Source: Cladosporium halotolerans
Taxonomy: Eukaryota
Length of the DNA stretch: 64,000 nt
Reading direction: 5' to 3'
Assembly (NCBI RefSeq): GCF_011745625.1
Contig: NW_027191459.1
Span: forward strand, 558,001-622,000
In this document: positions 32,515 through 43,470 of the stretch, in pieces
How the letters are laid out: the number at the start of each line of letters is the position of its first letter
Numbering within the stretch: position 1 is the stretch's first letter
Program-made: the position numbers and the translations under genes
Notes under the pieces: model-generated
Told to the model about the DNA's origin: nothing
The model's input: only the letters and a program-made list of their open reading frames with translations
The model's database searches: none

Positions 32515-34179
32515 ATGGCCACAACAACCGACCCAAAACACTTCCTAGCCACTTCGGGAGAAACCGATCCTGTTTGGGTTCACACTGAGCCCTACTCCCA
32601 TCGTCCACATTACCCGACCCTCGATCAAAATGTTCAGACTGATATATGTATCATTGGTAGTGGTATCACCGGTGTCCAGTCCGCGTATGAACTTGTCAAG
32701 CGCGGTCATGGGGTCACTATGATCGAGGCCCGTGACATCCTTTCCGGAGAGAGCGGCAGAACAAGCGGCCACCTTGCCAATGCTCTGGATGACGGATACA
32801 CCAACATAGCTAAGAAGCACGGTGACAAAGGTGCGGCGCTTGCAGCAGACAGTCACGCATGGGCCCTCGGTCGAGTAGGCGAGATTGCGAAGGAGTTGGG
32901 GATCGAATGCGAGTATCGAAAGCTTCCCGGCTATGAAGTGAGCCAGTACGACAGGAGCAAGCAGCCGAAGGAGCATGAGCAGGAGGTCCACGAATTGAAG
33001 GAAGAGGTGGACAAGGCGAAAGCCCTGAAGATGGAGGCCGATTTCAAGGAGGATTTCGCAGTCAAAGGTTGGGACGGTGAGCCAGATCAGCGTGGAGCTG
33101 CTGTGTTCGCCAACCAAGCCACTTTCCACCCAACTAAGTACCTCGTCGGTATTCTCGAACGGCTCAACAAGCAATCCAACTTCAGCTGCTACACCAATTC
33201 CCGCGTGCTCGAAGTATCCGAAAAAGGCCTTTCCGTCCCACTTCTGGCGGATAACAAGCACGTGCTTGTCAAAACTGAATCCGGCCACACCATCGACTGC
33301 AACAATGCCATCATGGCTACATGCGTCCCCTTGCAGAAACTCAGTGTCGTGGCCGAGATGGAGTATATGCGCACGTACTGCATCGCGATCAAAATTCCAA
33401 AGGGCTACGTCGAAGATTGTCTCCTCTATGACAACGCAGAAGCCTACAAGTACATTCGACTTACGCATTGTGACAGCGAGCACGACTACATGGTCGTCGG
33501 TGGTTGTGACCACAAAGTCGGCCAGGAAACACCCACCGGACGCTTCAAGGAGCTCGAGACTTGGACGCGCGAGCGGTTCACCCGTGCTGGCAGCGTTGAT
33601 TACGCCTGGTCTGGACAAATCTTCGAGCCCGTTGACTATATGGCTTTTATTGGCCTCGACCCGGGCACCAAACACACTTACATTGTCACTGGTGACTCCG
33701 GAAACGGCCTCACGCACGGTGTTCTGGCTGGGCGCCTGCTGGCGGACGAGATCGAATCGAAACCAAATGAATGGGCTCAACTTTACCGGCCTCAACGCAT
33801 GGCCAGCATTGCCAAAAGCATGGGAAGCATGCTCAGCCATGACGTCCAAATCAACGCGCAGTACAAACGCTTCTTGCAGTCTGACATCAACGACATTGAG
33901 GATCTGGCTAAGGGTGAGGGTGGTGTGCTGAACAGCAAGACCGGCAAGCCTACTGCCATCTACAAAGATGACCAAGGCAAGACGCACAAGTTCTCTGCGC
34001 TATGCCCACACATGAAAGGCGTGGTGTGCTGGAATGGTATGGAGAAAAGTTGGGACTGCCCGGTGCATGGGAGCCGATTCAGCAAAGATGGTGTCTGTGT
34101 TATGGGGCCTGCGAAGGGTAACCTGGGCCCGGCAGACGATAGTGGTCAACAGTTGCAGGGCAAAACTGCGAAGGCGTAG
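32515..34179 (+). CDS. FAD-dependent oxidoreductase (DAO family) fused to C-terminal Rieske [2Fe-2S] domain (YhfW-like), intronless; upstream in-frame ATG at 32374
   Basis: DICIIGSGITG, GESGRTSGHL, TGDSGNGLTHG, Rieske boxes CPHMKG and WDCPVHGSRF. Confidence 0.93.
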   Translation: MATTTDPKHFLATSGETDPVWVHTEPYSHRPHYPTLDQNVQTDICIIGSGITGVQSAYELVKRGHGVTMIEARDILSGESGRTSGHLANALDDGYTNIAKKHGDKGAALAADSHAWALGRVGEIAKELGIECEYRKLPGYEVSQYDRSKQPKEHEQEVHELKEEVDKAKALKMEADFKEDFAVKGWDGEPDQRGAAVFANQATFHPTKYLVGILERLNKQSNFSCYTNSRVLEVSEKGLSVPLLADNKHVLVKTESGHTIDCNNAIMATCVPLQKLSVVAEMEYMRTYCIAIKIPKGYVEDCLLYDNAEAYKYIRLTHCDSEHDYMVVGGCDHKVGQETPTGRFKELETWTRERFTRAGSVDYAWSGQIFEPVDYMAFIGLDPGTKHTYIVTGDSGNGLTHGVLAGRLLADEIESKPNEWAQLYRPQRMASIAKSMGSMLSHDVQINAQYKRFLQSDINDIEDLAKGEGGVLNSKTGKPTAIYKDDQGKTHKFSALCPHMKGVVCWNGMEKSWDCPVHGSRFSKDGVCVMGPAKGNLGPADDSGQQLQGKTAKA

Positions 34180-34988
34180 TCTGAATATGAGAATTGCTAC
34201 GAAATTAGTAGGATGAGACCACCCATCGGACTGAGTGATCCGATCTAATTTACTTGTACTCAATTTCGCAAACCTGAATAATAGGCGAGAGCCTCTGTAA
34301 AGCGTCGATAATGCCAAAGCGAGTGACAAGTATTTTCTTAAAGGACGCAACATCCGTATGCCAACTACTTTCCATGGAGATTTACATTCGAGACTTCCAT
34401 TTTGGCAATGCATTTATCATCTGGGGCTCGAACCTGATAACTCCAGTGCCTGGAAGGATTTTCAAGATATGAGTGCACGCCGTATCTTTCAAATGACTCG
34501 GTTCTTGCACACGGTAGCCCAAGATGCTTGATTCATCAAAGTCCTCCTGCAGTTCCCGATGGTTCTCGATTTAATCTGACAAATACCGTAGCGTGGAAAA
34601 ATATCTCGCTTGTTCTCAATCAGCCAGATGAGACTCTCGCTAATTCCGGAAGCCGGCAGTTCGGCGCCACTGGTGGAGCGATGTCGACGTCTGACAACGG
34701 ACGGACTTGGGGCTTTGGAGAGCTTTCGATTCCGCAGACATCGGTTGCGTTTCAAAGTTGAATCTTTACTCGGTCTAAGGATTTTGGCCCATGAACTCGT
34801 GCACTCCAACTCGTTCCTCAGCTGCGTCGACGTCAACCAAGAACTCCGTCGAATTCTGTCGCTGCTCGGTAGTTGCATTTTCCATGGTCAGCCCTGATGA
34901 TGGCGTTCGCGCCAGGCTCAAAGATATAGAGAAGGGATGTGACTAGCACGAAGAGAAATCTCTTCACAAGGGGAGCAAAAAGGCAAAA

Positions 34989-35107
34989 ACATACAACAGG
35001 CGGGATTCCCAGATGGTCACCCACTCTAGTACTAGTCGCCCGGTTCAGTGCTTATGTATGGCAGAGCGGACGGGATGCCCAGTTTTCACTGACCTGTGGT
35101 CGTATGT
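34989..35107 (-). rRNA. Dispersed 5S rRNA gene, 119 nt
   Basis: Minus strand reads ACATACGACCACAGG...CATCCCGTCCGCTCTGCC...AGTACTAGAGTGGGTGACCATCTGGGAATCC...GTTGTATGT; complementary ends; T-run terminator 34985-34988; TATA-like tract at about -24 to -33. Confidence 0.97.
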
Positions 35108-35617
35108 ATAGGTAAGGAGGATTTGTTTAATGATATACATAAAAACAATTGATGGTCTGAATCTGCTGCTCATTTGTAAAGAGTTCAATTTGTCGTGCAG
35201 TGTTCAAAAATTGGCGGGAATCTGGTACTGTGACAAACGTTATTCGTGAGGACCGCATATTATAGCCTCGGTTTTCTTCAACAAAGCACAAAAGGCCAAA
35301 GCGGAAGATATCTCCAAAGTATGACAAAATTTTCGAAGGATTAGGCTGAAATGGGTGTTCAGGAATCGAGACTCTTCTGGGAAGGGCAAGACGAGAACGA
35401 GTAACCAGCTAAGCTATTTGTCCTGGGCCTGAAAGCACATTCTGGCAACATTGAAAAAGACCTCAACGACTTCGACTAGACTTGGAGCCGAAGTAATTTG
35501 TACGGAAAACTCTGCTGACTGCCACACGGCATGATTTCACGATATGATCTTTACCTCGCACGAGTCTTCTGTAACCCTCTCACTCGATCTATATCATGTG
35601 TTGAACACCCCTTCTTT

Positions 35618-36508
35618 TCAATAATCAGGCATTCCAGCTAATGGATGCAGGTCGTGCATCATACCCATCTCCGAATGTCCTCTAACAGGTGACGCAATCA
35701 TTTCGAATAGCACCGTGAGGCCAATAATGGAGACGTCCCCAATTCCACGCCAAGTGTCATTCGCTTTTACCTCTGCTGGACGCCGCCAAGTGCAATCGAT
35801 GGCACGCACATTTAATCTCTCGAATCGTGCAAAGTCTTTTTTCAGATCGCCAGTGAACGTGAGCCTACTAAGCATCGTGATACTCGCTTCGTCCAAAACC
35901 AGGCAAATGTTCTGCTTAGGATTCGGCGACATGGACACGCCTACGAACGGGGGAGACTGGTCTCCTCTGGCCGTGAGACCCAAGCCTGCCATCCAAGCTC
36001 TGAATTCCGCTCTTATGCGGTCATCGGAGGCATCCTCGAGTGAGTCGTCGCAAACGACATCCAGCTTGAAGCGTTTGATCACCTCGTCGCGAAACATGGG
36101 CCCCAATACATGTTGTTCGAGCCACAACTCTTGAGCCCGGATCCAATTTTCGAGAGCCTGAGGCAACTTCTCTTGCGCTTCTGGAGAATATGATATGACA
36201 AAGACGGAAAATCCCCAGGTCGGGTCGTCGCTCGGCTCTGTATCGTCATGATAACAGGTCTGAGCGTCGAACTCAATTTCCTGAAGCAAGACCTCGTACC
36301 ATTCACCACCTGAACCTGGCTTCGACCCAGAAGAGCGCTGGAGTTCATAAACAGACTTGATGCGTGACTTGATGTCTGCTGCTGCTCCACGACCGACAGA
36401 GCGTAGGGCTGTGAACATCTTTTGCTGAGGCACTGAAAGTGAATCTGGCGCAGGTGGCGTCACCGGACGCATTGGCACCCTGGTTGCCCCGCCTCCTCGT
36501 TGTGTCAT
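35618..36508 (-). CDS. Hypothetical protein, 296 aa
   Basis: Intronless ORF with TWGFSVFVISY, LEDASDDRIRAEFRAW and ICLVLDEASI motifs, resembling a widespread uncharacterised fungal family. Confidence 0.7.
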   Translation of the reverse strand: MTQRGGGATRVPMRPVTPPAPDSLSVPQQKMFTALRSVGRGAAADIKSRIKSVYELQRSSGSKPGSGGEWYEVLLQEIEFDAQTCYHDDTEPSDDPTWGFSVFVISYSPEAQEKLPQALENWIRAQELWLEQHVLGPMFRDEVIKRFKLDVVCDDSLEDASDDRIRAEFRAWMAGLGLTARGDQSPPFVGVSMSPNPKQNICLVLDEASITMLSRLTFTGDLKKDFARFERLNVRAIDCTWRRPAEVKANDTWRGIGDVSIIGLTVLFEMIASPVRGHSEMGMMHDLHPLAGMPDY

Positions 36509-37003
36509 GAATAGGCTGACTTATGCGGTGAAGTGATCAAACAAGAAGTGGTAAGATGGGCGAATCCGTAGTGGTCTGCGTGCTGAACATGCATCACGGA
36601 GACAGCATACTGCGCGCTAAAACACAGGTGGCGTCATAGGTCGTCGTCGACTTCACCTGGACTGTGAATTCACTGTTTGTTCGAGAGAAAAGGTATCATC
36701 CTGGCTTGATATCAAGCGTAGTACTAGAGTCAATGAGACTGCATGTGGGCATGCTTCGTGATCTATCGCAGAACAGGACCCTGATTCCTGACCTTCGTAT
36801 GCTGTCCCTCGTTAGCACTCCTACATACGTCTTTGACTTGGTTTGAGCTTGATGAGCGCAGTTCCATCCTCCAATATCCGTGAGGACTATCCCAAAGCCG
36901 GGGCGGTCGGGCGGAAGTCGGGCTTCCATAGCATGTAGACGGCAACAAGTTTGAGTCCTGCTACTGTAAACCACAGTGGGAATAAGTGTTTACCCGCCTT
37001 TCT

Positions 37004-38440
37004 TCAATAAGGCCAGGAGGAGTCGCCGCAGGGCGTCATCGTCTGCTCAAACTCCTTTATGCGCTCTTCCAACCAGCCAGACGACACTCCTTCACCTGCC
37101 CTTCCAAGTCGAGGATCGACGTTTGTGCGACATAAGTGATCCTTGTGATGAAACGAATACTGCCTGCACTCTGGATTCGCGAGACACCGTAGTCTACATT
37201 CCTCAACGGAGTGGAACGTTCCTTCCTGAGCGGTGTCGCTCAAATTGTCCCAGTCTTCGCGGGGCGACATCATCTGAGGCATAATGAGGGTGGCAAATAT
37301 GTCTTTGTGACGAAGCGTGTCGGTGGCCTGATGTTCTAGTGTTCAGCGGACAATCGATATCTTTCGGGTTGGGTGCTCAGCTGGGGGCTTTGCGATACTT
37401 ACGGCATTATTATGGGCAATCCAGTCCTGCTCGAATCCCCACATCTCTTCGACCATTGTGGCGGACATGTGATGGTAAGATACCGGAGTGCCGCACCACA
37501 GACGCAGATTCTCAGCATTTGGGCGGGAGTCCGACCGCGTGCATTGCACGAGACCTGGATAGTCAACCTGGAAAACTGGCCAGGCATTGGTAAGTGGTAT
37601 GCCTGCGTCGTTGAACGTCTTGCCCAAGACGCAGTCACCAGTCCAGTGACCATCAGTGAACTTCTCGATCTCTGTTTTGTGAATGGAGTAGTAATCGACC
37701 ACAGCCCGCAAGGCAGGCTGGGACACAATAAACGCAGAGCCGCCGTGCGCAAACATGTCGTTAGAGATGAGCATCTATTTCCCGGCGTAGATCGCTTTTG
37801 TGTGGTCGAGGGTGGCGAGATATTGTTGCAGCGTCGACCACAGTAGGAAGGAATCGGCTTCCATGAACACGTACCATTTCATATCTGGCCGTTCGTGTAG
37901 AGTCCTGTTCACCATCGGCAGGAACTTCCATTTGTCCAGTTTCCAGCCTGGATTTTCTGCCTTGCCAGTCTTAACAGCGTAGCGATCGGGCGCAGAGTCT
38001 GCGAGCTCGGATGAATCCAAAGAAACCCTTCCATGCTGGCGCAGGCGGCGATGCAGCTCAAAGTCAGGATTGTTCCTCAGAATATCAGGGCTCACATCTG
38101 CTAGGGCATCTAGGATGTGTTCTCCGTGGAAATCTTCTTCGAAGTCCGAGAAAATAAGATGGTTCGAAAAGCATCGCAAGCTCGTTGACAGATGGATTGT
38201 CAATCTATTCACCAGTTCGGTCGAGCCAGTGCGCAGCACAACCAGTGTTTCCTCGGCCCCAGGCAAGTTCCGGCATGCCAGATGATCGAGCACAGGCTGA
38301 GAGGACAACCCTGTCCGATCAGAGATCGCCGGAGTGTAGTCTGTGGTGGCGGGGCGGCCGAGTCCAAGGACATTCCAGAGCAAGTATAGAGCGAAGACAG
38401 AAGATACTACGGCGATGCGTGCGCGCTGAGCGCTGGGCAT
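37004..38440 (-). pseudogene. Glycosyltransferase family 31 gene with one in-frame TAG (37775-37777); intron about 37328-37402
   Basis: N-terminal TM, GWKLDKWKFLP, KWYVFMEADSF, FAHGGS, GDCVLGK, VSYHH; two ORFs abut in the same frame across one stop. Confidence 0.85.
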
Positions 38441-38935
38441 GACCGAGAGGGTGCTTGAACACTACTTCTGCCTTTATCGCATAGAAAAAATGCATGCTCA
38501 TAGAAAGGTAAGAAGAGCCAGGCCATGGCCGCAGCCGGCCGCATATGAACAGCATCATGGCTCCCATCTCGGCGCTCATTTCGTTAATGCATTTCGCTAA
38601 AGTGGCGGGGAACTCCTACCTGGTCTCGTTTGTTTAGTTTCCCATGCATAGTATGTGAAGATTGAACGAAGGTTAGCGCGGGCGCCTACGGTTATGTAGA
38701 CGGCGGTTGGGCCCGAGCTCAGCGGCCTTCTCGGTCCGCTCCGTGTTTATGTAAGCTCCTCCTCTGACATTTGACCATAGCAAGATTAAAGGTAAGAAGA
38801 TATAATATACAACATGTATGAAAATAGGTCAATGCTGAGTACAAGCATCTTGTTAGGCTAGGATCAACTTCTTACGAGCAGGCTCAACCTTAGAAACCCC
38901 TCGAGCAGAAGGACACCCTGCAGCACTATTCCATA

Positions 38936-40207
38936 ATGGGCCAGTATGATCGCAAGAAGCAATCTCAGCCAAAACACGGCAAGCCCAGCAGTAGCGGTGC
39001 ATCTAAGGCCCCTCCGCCTTTATCCCGCGGCGTACCTGGCTGGAAAGGGCCTGGCTACGTCCACAAGAAGACTTCAACTGCGAACTCAACCGCACCGAAA
39101 GCACCAGAGCCCACAAAACTAGAGCACATCCTTCCTGTCGAGCTGGAACAACAAATTCTGGATGTGTTCCGAAACACTTTCCCTGCGTCTAATGACTTTG
39201 AAGCGCTGAAGCCGACATTACAGAAGATCAACGATGCGATCCTACGCAGAGAATTTGACACAGCTCTTGGAAACGAAAATTTTTTGGAAGCCTATGCCAT
39301 TCGTTGGAGCCCAAGTCGTTCCCTAGCTTATGCACAGCTGTTGGCCTGGATTTGTGCAGAATTGGCAGAAGACATCTACATTCAGCATCTCGTCAGTGGC
39401 AAATCAGACGAATTGGCAGCGAGAGTAGTATGCTTCGGAGGCGGTCCGGCCGAGATTATAGCATTTTCGGCCCTTCTACGTTCTTTGCAGCCGTCTGAGG
39501 CAGCAGGAAGACCACCAATACCGGCCGCAGATGTTTCAGATAGCTTGGAAGCCATATCAATTTCAGCCCCCAAGCAGGCGGACTCTCTTCTCCATCTCAA
39601 GCTTTTCGACACAGCAGACTGGGCTTCTGTTCTTTCCAAGCTAGACCAAGGGCTGACCACTCCTCCGCCGCTCTCAAGATACGCCAGCGCAGCGGCTCGT
39701 GCAAGGAATGCTTCTTTCCTTTTACCTGGGGCTCTCGAGCATGCTTTCACGCGCGCAGATGTCCTCGGCCACAGTACAAATGATCTTTGCACCGCCATCG
39801 GAACCGCTCCCGCGCTTCTGACATTCATGTTCACCTTGAACGAGCTTTATATGGCATCGATATCTCGCACGACCGCTTTTCTCCAGAGAATAACAGAGGC
39901 CACACCTCGTGGCAGTCTGCTATTGGTAGTTGATACTCCTGGAGCTCAAGCAGAGACCTCTGCAAGTAATACGGAGGAAGGAGAGAACAAGAGAACATAT
40001 CCTATGAGTCGGCTGTTGGATTACGCCCTGAGTCCCAGCTCGATGAAGAGGCCCAATGAAGAAGACAACGATGAAGAAAAGCCAGGCCCCGCTTGGGAGA
40101 AAGTCATGGAAAAGGCAAGCATGTCGTACAGACTCGAACAGGATCTCAAATATCCAGTAAGTCTGGAAAACACCAAGTTCCAGGTGCACTTGTTCAAGCG
40201 CATCTAA
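38936..40207 (+). CDS. BMT6: Probable 25S rRNA uridine-N3 methyltransferase (Bmt6/DUF3115 family)
   Basis: AYAIRWSPSRSLAY, VVCFGGG, LTFMFTLNELY, LLLVVDTPG, YPVSLEN. Confidence 0.8.
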   Translation: MGQYDRKKQSQPKHGKPSSSGASKAPPPLSRGVPGWKGPGYVHKKTSTANSTAPKAPEPTKLEHILPVELEQQILDVFRNTFPASNDFEALKPTLQKINDAILRREFDTALGNENFLEAYAIRWSPSRSLAYAQLLAWICAELAEDIYIQHLVSGKSDELAARVVCFGGGPAEIIAFSALLRSLQPSEAAGRPPIPAADVSDSLEAISISAPKQADSLLHLKLFDTADWASVLSKLDQGLTTPPPLSRYASAAARARNASFLLPGALEHAFTRADVLGHSTNDLCTAIGTAPALLTFMFTLNELYMASISRTTAFLQRITEATPRGSLLLVVDTPGAQAETSASNTEEGENKRTYPMSRLLDYALSPSSMKRPNEEDNDEEKPGPAWEKVMEKASMSYRLEQDLKYPVSLENTKFQVHLFKRI

Positions 40208-40400
40208 ATGCAATAGAACTCTTCCTGGGCGCTTCCATCACCTGATGCACAGGGAGCCATCTTTCCAACACGTCCTCGGTTCCCTGATCGAATGCTGTCA
40301 GCGCTGTCCATGAAGATATCATGACCAAGACGGACGGACTCGGACTCGGTCATCTTCCTCTAATCGCCCTTCCCAATCGCCCGCGTCCACAACCAATTCA

Positions 40401-40778
40401 TCAAACCAAAACCCCGTCCTCTCTCAACCTCCCCAGCGCCTCTTCCGTCCACTCCTGACACCTCCTCAACCGCACCCCGGCCGGCACCAACCTCCTCGGC
40501 CCATCAAATTGCTTCCCCGGCACCTCGACGTCCGCACATACCTCGCCGAGCTTCTCATAATCGCCCACAGCCACGCGCCCAACGAGCACTTTGCCAAAAT
40601 ACCCGAGCTCCTCCTCCGGCTTACCACCCGCTTTCGTCTCGTAAGACATGCCCGCTTGGATGTTGCCGGTGACTTGGAAGATCTGGCCGGAGCCGGTGTG
40701 GGAGTCGAGCTCGATGAAGATGGCGTGGTGCTCCATGGGCATGCCGGCTGAGGCGACGCGGTAGACGGCGTAGGACAT
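40401..40778 (-). CDS. Small conserved fungal protein (DUF6540-like), 125 aa
   Basis: HHAIFIE, GQIFQVTGNIQAGMSYE, PGKQFDG, RRCQEWTEEAL pattern. Confidence 0.75.
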   Translation of the reverse strand: MSYAVYRVASAGMPMEHHAIFIELDSHTGSGQIFQVTGNIQAGMSYETKAGGKPEEELGYFGKVLVGRVAVGDYEKLGEVCADVEVPGKQFDGPRRLVPAGVRLRRCQEWTEEALGRLREDGVLV

Positions 40779-41216
40779 GGTGGTGAGATTGGTGCAGAGA
40801 TATGTTCCTGGTGTTCTGGTGGACAGGCTCTATTATGCACGAAAGGAGATTGTGTTGTGTTGTATTGTCGAGGGTGGCGTCTCAGCCGCTACTGTAGGCA
40901 GCAACGTTACGCTTGCAAGGGTCGGCATGGAGGGGGTGCATTCACCGCATTTCTACGTGAGGTCGTCTGCAGTGAAGGGGACACACGTCTGATCGAATTT
41001 TAGGAAGGCTTTGGAGCGTAAATCTTTGCACATCTTTGTTAATTTCATTCTGGAAAGCGAGCGTAAAGCATTCTGCATAGCGAGCGTAAAGCATTACCAT
41101 TACCTTACCTTAGTCGTCCGACTCCAACTCGAAAGCATCCAATTGCTTTTCTCTAACCCGAGGCCGTATACACTCGTTTCCCGTCTCATCCAATCCATTG
41201 CCAGCTCGCCAACCCA

Positions 41217-43470
41217 TTACGCCAACCCCACAGCAACCACCGCACCCCCGAGAACCATCCAAACCACCTCTTTGACCCTCGCCCCAACACCCGCAAAAGG
41301 CTCCACGCCCGTCTCGCCCGCCTCTCCACCCCCGCCAGCACCACCGCCCGACGCACCCCCTCCCATCCCACTATAAATATACCCTCCAACGCCCCCGCTC
41401 CCCGCCGCCCCGCCCACAGCATCAGCAGTATACGTCTGCCCGCCCAGCGTAAGCGACGGCCCGCCCAGCGTCGTCGGCACGCCATTGACATACACCACGC
41501 CCGTGCCCTGGCCGAGCGAAACCTCCGTGCCGCCCGCCGTGATCTCTTGCCCCGGCGACCCGAGCGTCTGCCCGTCGACTATGAACGCCGAGCCCGAGCG
41601 CGAGACTTCGATCGGGCGCCCGCCGCCGGGCTGCGGGATTGTCGTCGCTTGGCCTTCAGCGAGCTGGACAGTCTGGCTGCCGCCGACGACGACGCCGTTT
41701 TGGCCTGGGAGTTCGGAGACGGCGGCGCCGCCGAAGGTTGCTGCGCCGCCCGGGGTGAGGGTTTGGCCCGCGATGTTGAAGGCCGGGGCCTGGGCGGCGG
41801 TGGTGGCGGAGCCGGCGTTGGAGGCTGGGGCGCCGGCGGCGCCGGGTTGGCCTTCGTTGTTGTTGGCAGGTTGGCCGCCGGCGGCGTTTGGCTGGCCTGT
41901 TGCTGCTGCTTCTTCGCCTCCGCCGGCGGCAGCGGTTCCTTCGCCTGCGGCGGCTTGAGAGGCGGCTTGTTGGATGGCGTCGACCAGGTTACCGGAGCCG
42001 GCATTGTTATTTCCAGAATCTGCCTGGTCGCCACCGCCGCCACCATTGCCTGTGTCGGCGCCGGCCTGACCAGATCCCGAAGAGCCCTCTCCACCACCTT
42101 GTCCAGCCTGACCACCAGCCTGCTCATCAGTCGAACCACCGCCCGACCCAGCAGACGACCCCGACGTGCCTTCCCCTCCTCCTCCAGCAGACTCGCCCTG
42201 CCCACTCGTCGAGCCACCCCCGGTCCCAGCAGAAGACTCCGACGTGCCTTCCCCTCCTCCACCTCCTCCCCCAGCCTCGCCCTGCCCACCCGTCTCCGGC
42301 TGCGGCGGATTCTCATTCGTAGCCGGCACCGGCTTCGGGCTCGGCGTCTCGACCCCCGCCTGCGCGGGAGAAAAGACCGCATTCCCAGTAACAGTCGTCA
42401 GCGCGCCCGCCGTCTTCTTCTTGGCCGTCTCGCCCGTGATCGTCGCCGAAGTCTGCGTCGTAGTCTGCGTCCTCGTGACCTCGATCGTCTTGACGGTCGT
42501 GACGCAGGACTCCGAAGGCAGGTCGGTGGCGGAGTCGGTTTCGGTTTCGTTGCCGGGAGCCGTGCTCGTTTCGTTTTTGAAATGGAACTTCGACGCCTTG
42601 AGAGCTTCCGGCGTCTCTGTCGCGCACTCGACGGTCGTCGTGACGGTCGTGCTGGTGCAGAGGGAGGGCTGGGAGATGGGGGCTGCGAGCGAGCATGAGG
42701 TTAGAGGGACGTGGCTGAACTGTTGCTGGATTTCGGGCAGCGTATCGAGGTATTGGAGGACGGGCGTGGGAACTGCGCCGGGGCCTTTGTGGGAGACTGT
42801 GTCGAGGGGGAGGATCAGGGAGGCGCCGTCTGCTGTTGCTGGGAGGACGATCGCGGACGTGTCTTTGGTGGGGTTGCATGTTTCGGTGTCGTTTGGCTTC
42901 CAGGATGCAGTTGCTTTGCCGGAGAAGTTGGTCACGCCGAAGTATGTGGTTGGATATGTCCTGGACAGTCAGCATTTGCGCTCTTGCAGCTTTTTGTTAT
43001 AAGTGAAGGGCAGACTCACAATGTCAATCCGCTGACTTCCCAAGTGAATTTGTCGAAGTACTCAATCTCGCCAGTCGCATTCCCACTCCCGCCCAGCGTG
43101 ATGGTGTGGTTATCCGTCACCGTGGAATATGAGGTCGAAAGCTTGCCATCGGGAAACTGGGTGATGTGAGGAACCACCGACACAGTGTACGGTTCTTCCA
43201 CGACGCTATAGGGGAATTCGATCCAAGAGGTCTTCGCAGCTATGTAACAAGGAGCACAGGGTGTCGTGGCGCACGCCGGGATTGACCCTACAGTAAAGGA
43301 ATGTTAGTGAATTTCGATAAGGTACGAACACGCGAATCTTGTTTGCACGACAAGCACATAACGATTCATAGCTGGATCAACGACAACAGCAACCATTGGC
43401 CTGGCGAAATTGCATGGTCTTCAATCTTGCAGCTAGATCTATACATACCGTTCGTCACGTTCATCGCCAT
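41217..43470 (-). CDS. Gly/Thr/Ala-rich, probably GPI-anchored cell-surface protein; introns 43288-43448 and 42961-43019; 5' end uncertain
   Basis: Splicing joins MAMNVTNG / SIPAC..EVSGLTL / TYPTTYFGVTNF in frame; GQTLTPGG-type repeats; VGGYIYSGMGG and hydrophobic C-terminus; no signal peptide found. Confidence 0.75.

Noticed and set aside
32545..33987. 480-aa antisense ORF (likewise 5815-6684, 15321-16394, 19378-20139, 41547-42698, 51668-52684)
   Set aside because: Shadows of real genes or GC-rich DNA; no recognisable motifs
34421..34436. B-box-like GGTTCGAGCCCC on the minus strand
   Set aside because: No A-box or cloverleaf around it
42000..42310. Imperfect repeats encoding GGGGEGTS..SAG.GGGST
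   Set aside because: Ordinary internal low-complexity duplication in a cell-surface protein; not a CRISPR-like or mobile repeat
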